Shown here in pieces: positions 29,557 through 32,000 of a DNA stretch of 32,000 bases. Numbering within the stretch: position 1 is the first letter of the stretch; every line of letters starts with the position of its first letter. The notes below the pieces were generated by a model. The model ran no database searches. It was not told the DNA's origin and worked only from the letters and a program-made list of their open reading frames with translations. The translations under genes and the position numbers were made by a program. Source of the DNA: Candidatus Saccharimonadota bacterium (GTDB lineage Bacteria; Pseudomonadota; Gammaproteobacteria; Enterobacterales; Enterobacteriaceae_A); contig CP102982.1 in assembly GCA_030849285.1 (NCBI GenBank), forward strand, positions 90,001-122,000, in the 5' to 3' direction.

Positions 29557-30159
29557 ATGAATTTTATATTAAAAGATACTAAAAATATAGTAAATATATC
29601 TAAATCAATTTTAGAATGTAAATTTAATAAATTATTAGTTCATCAAATAGTTATATCTTTTTTTATTAATAAACATACCAGAAATAAATCTCAAAAAAAT
29701 AAATCTGAGGTATCAGGTTCAAATAAAAAACCTTGGCGTCAAAAAGGGACTGGTAAAGCACGGGCAGGGTCTTTAAAAAGCCCTATTTGGCGTTCTGGAG
29801 GTGTTACATTTGCATCTAAACCAAAAAAATATAATTTAAAAATAAATAAAAAAATGTATAGAGGGGCAATTAAATGTATTATTTCAGAATTAATAAAACA
29901 AAATAGATTAGTCATTTTTAATAATTTTTCAATAAATTTACCTAAAACAAATATATTATTAAAAAAAATTAAAGATATTAAAAAAAAAAAAATTTTAATA
30001 ATTACTAAAAAAATTGATAAAAATTTATTCTTATCTTCACGTAATATTTATAATATTAAAATAAATGATATTAAAAATATTAATATTTTAAATTTAATTA
30101 ATTCTAATAAAGTAATAATTACTTTAGATGTTTTAAGATATTTTGAAAATATATTATGA
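29557..30159 (+). CDS. rplD: 50S ribosomal protein L4
   Basis: GSNKKPWRQKGTGKARAGSLKSPIWRSGGVTFA and NKKMYRGAIK are colinear with L4. The TGA stop overlaps the rplW ATG (ATGA). Confidence 0.97.
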   Translation: MNFILKDTKNIVNISKSILECKFNKLLVHQIVISFFINKHTRNKSQKNKSEVSGSNKKPWRQKGTGKARAGSLKSPIWRSGGVTFASKPKKYNLKINKKMYRGAIKCIISELIKQNRLVIFNNFSINLPKTNILLKKIKDIKKKKILIITKKIDKNLFLSSRNIYNIKINDIKNINILNLINSNKVIITLDVLRYFENIL

Positions 30160-30461
30160 TAATTAAAAATGAAAAATTAATAAATATTATATATAAAATA
30201 CATGTATCTGAAAAAGCTAATTATATAATTAAAAAAAATAATGCTGCAGTTTTAAAAGTTATTATAAAATCTAATAAAAAAGAAATTAAAGAAGCTATTC
30301 AAAAAATTTTTAAAGTTAATATAAAATCTGTTAAAACATTATTAGTAAAAGGAAAAAAATTTAAAATTAATAAAAATAATTATAATTATCATAAAAATTG
30401 GAAAAAGGCATATATTATTTTTAAAGACAATAAAATTTCAAATTCAATAATTAATAAATAA
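30156..30461 (+). CDS. rplW: 50S ribosomal protein L23
   Basis: HVSEKAN...VLKV...NKKEIKEAIQKIFKVNIKSVKTL...WKKAYI is colinear with L23. The operon position fits. Confidence 0.94.
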   Translation: MIIKNEKLINIIYKIHVSEKANYIIKKNNAAVLKVIIKSNKKEIKEAIQKIFKVNIKSVKTLLVKGKKFKINKNNYNYHKNWKKAYIIFKDNKISNSIINK

Positions 30462-30477
30462 TATATAAGGAAAAATA

Positions 30478-31305
30478 ATGGTTATTATTAATTATAAACC
30501 TACATCTCCAGGAATTAGACATGCTAATAAAATAATTAATAAAAATTTATATGTTGGAAAACCATATAAAAATTTACTTAAAAAATTGAATAAAACAGGT
30601 GGAAGAAATAATTTTGGTCGTATAACTACTAGACATATAGGTGGTGGGCATAAAAAACATTATAGATTAATTGATTATAAACGTAATAATGATTATATTA
30701 TTGGTGAAGTTAAACGTTTTGAATATGACCCTAATAGATCTGCAAATATTGCTTTAATTTTATATAAAAATGGTATTAATAAATATATTTTATCTATAAA
30801 AGGAATAAAAATAGGAGATAAAATTCAATCAGGTGAAAATGTTGATATTAAATTAGGTAATTGTTTACCTTTATATAATATACCTATTGGTTCTATTGTA
30901 CATAATATAGAATTAAAACCAGGTAAAGGTGGTCAATTAGCTAGATCAGCAGGTTCATATGCTCAAATTATTTCAATTGAAAATAAATATGTAACAATAA
31001 GATTACGTTCTGGGGAAATTCGTAAAATTTTTTCAAATTGTCGTGCAACTTTAGGATCAGTTAATTTTTCTGAACATATGCTGTCTTTATTAGGAAAAGC
31101 AGGGAAAACACGTTGGAAGGGGATAAGACCTACAGTACGTGGAACTGCTATGAATCCTATAGATCACCCTCATGGAGGTGGTGAAGGACGTAATTTTGGT
31201 AAACATCCAGTTACTCCCTGGGGTATTCAAACTAAAGGAAAAAAAACTCGTGTTAATAAAAGAACTAATAAATTAATTATTCGTTTTCGTAATAAAAATA
31301 AATAA
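30478..31305 (+). CDS. rplB: 50S ribosomal protein L2
   Basis: [28 protein letters not shown] and [18 protein letters not shown] are L2 signatures. Confidence 0.98.
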   Translation: MVIINYKPTSPGIRHANKIINKNLYVGKPYKNLLKKLNKTGGRNNFGRITTRHIGGGHKKHYRLIDYKRNNDYIIGEVKRFEYDPNRSANIALILYKNGINKYILSIKGIKIGDKIQSGENVDIKLGNCLPLYNIPIGSIVHNIELKPGKGGQLARSAGSYAQIISIENKYVTIRLRSGEIRKIFSNCRATLGSVNFSEHMLSLLGKAGKTRWKGIRPTVRGTAMNPIDHPHGGGEGRNFGKHPVTPWGIQTKGKKTRVNKRTNKLIIRFRNKNK

Positions 31306-31316
31306 AGGACTAATAT

Positions 31317-31616
31317 ATGCCAAGATCTATTAAAAAAGGCCCCTATATTGATAAACATTTATATTATAAAATTGAAAAATTATTAATTATTAAAAAAAAA
31401 AAACCATTAAAAACTTGGTCACGTAGGTCTACTATTTTTCCTAATATGATAGGTTTAACAATTGCTGTTCATAATGGTAAAAAACATATTCCAATATTTA
31501 TAATAGAAGAAATGATTGGTCATAAGTTAGGAGAATTTGTTTTAACTCGTACATTTAAAGGTCATACATCAGATAAAAAAATTAAAAATATTAAAAATGG
31601 AAAAAAAAATGAATAA
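31317..31616 (+). CDS. rpsS: 30S ribosomal protein S19
   Basis: [12 protein letters not shown]...[31 protein letters not shown]...MIGHKLGEF is colinear with S19. It carries a Lys/Asn tail about 7 aa longer than the E. coli protein as I recall it. Confidence 0.97.
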   Translation: MPRSIKKGPYIDKHLYYKIEKLLIIKKKKPLKTWSRRSTIFPNMIGLTIAVHNGKKHIPIFIIEEMIGHKLGEFVLTRTFKGHTSDKKIKNIKNGKKNE

Positions 31617-31950
31617 AGAATTATTAACTAAACATTGTTACGTTAATTCTTCTGCTTTAAAATTACGTTTAATTTCTAATTTAATTAGAGGTAAAAATAC
31701 TTTAAAAGCTTTAGAAATTTTAAAATATAATTCTAAAAAATCATCAAATTTAATTAAAAAAGTTTTGAAAACTGCTATTTCTAATTTTAAAAATTATAAT
31801 ATTAATACTAATATTAATTATTTATATATTAAAAAAATTTTTATAAATGAGGGTTCAAGATCTAAACGAATTTTACCTCGCGCTAAAGGTAAAATAGATT
31901 ATATTTTAAAACGTACTAGTCATATTAATATAGTATTATCTGATAATTAA
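31597..31950 (+). CDS. rplV: 50S ribosomal protein L22
   Basis: [16 protein letters not shown] and [25 protein letters not shown] are colinear with L22. The start may instead be the ATG at 31609, which overlaps rpsS by 8 nt rather than 20 nt. Confidence 0.95.
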   Translation: MEKKMNKELLTKHCYVNSSALKLRLISNLIRGKNTLKALEILKYNSKKSSNLIKKVLKTAISNFKNYNINTNINYLYIKKIFINEGSRSKRILPRAKGKIDYILKRTSHINIVLSDN

Positions 31951-31966
31951 CATTAGGAGATTTAAA

Positions 31967-32000
31967 ATGGGGCAAAAAGTAAACCCAAATATTATTAGAT
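31967..32000 (+). CDS. rpsC: 30S ribosomal protein S3, 5' end only
   Basis: AGGAGA (31955-31960) precedes the ATG at 31967. The translation MGQKVNPNIIR matches the S3 N-terminus (E. coli MGQKVHPNGIR). It continues beyond the window. Confidence 0.9.
   Translation, partial: MGQKVNPNIIR

Overview
This window is extremely AT-rich, by eye well under 20% G+C, and the intergenic DNA is almost free of G and C. It appears to come from a highly reduced gammaproteobacterial genome. The gene order is made of Enterobacterales operon cores, which fits a Buchnera-like insect endosymbiont; I cannot name the organism from sequence alone. The standard genetic code applies.

I can support 34 protein genes, all core housekeeping:
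- dnaJ (partial) and dnaK
- tilS (split by a frameshift), infA, prfA, smpB
- ptsI and ptsH
- rplI, rpsR, rpsF, tusE
- ileS
- lepA, rnc, era and a pdxJ homolog
- rplS, rimM, rpsP
- proS, map
- rpsB, tsf, frr
- dnaE
- the start of the S10 operon: rpsJ, rplC, rplD, rplW, rplB, rpsS, rplV and rpsC (partial)

There are three RNA genes: tmRNA (ssrA), tRNA-Ser(UGA) and a tRNA-Ile2-like tRNA(CAU).

I see no mobile elements, CRISPR arrays, defence or toxin genes, or any novel multi-gene system. In gene content this is an ordinary core region.

The items worth a second look are structural or degenerative:
- tilS needs a +1 frame change inside TTTTTAAA, yet its substrate tRNA is encoded in the same window.
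- A 120-bp near-perfect palindrome with 54-bp arms starts 2 nt after the frr stop, followed by 14-16-bp tandem repeats before dnaE.
- A perfect (ATA)31 microsatellite lies between ssrA and ptsI.
- In-frame poly(A) tracts of 12-19 nt sit inside essential genes.
- A full-length pdxJ homolog has most recalled catalytic residues replaced.
- A 753-bp non-coding spacer separates dnaK and tilS.
- Conserved operons show tight internal gene losses (trmD, lepB, recO, priB, pyrH, crr and the dxr-to-rnhB block).
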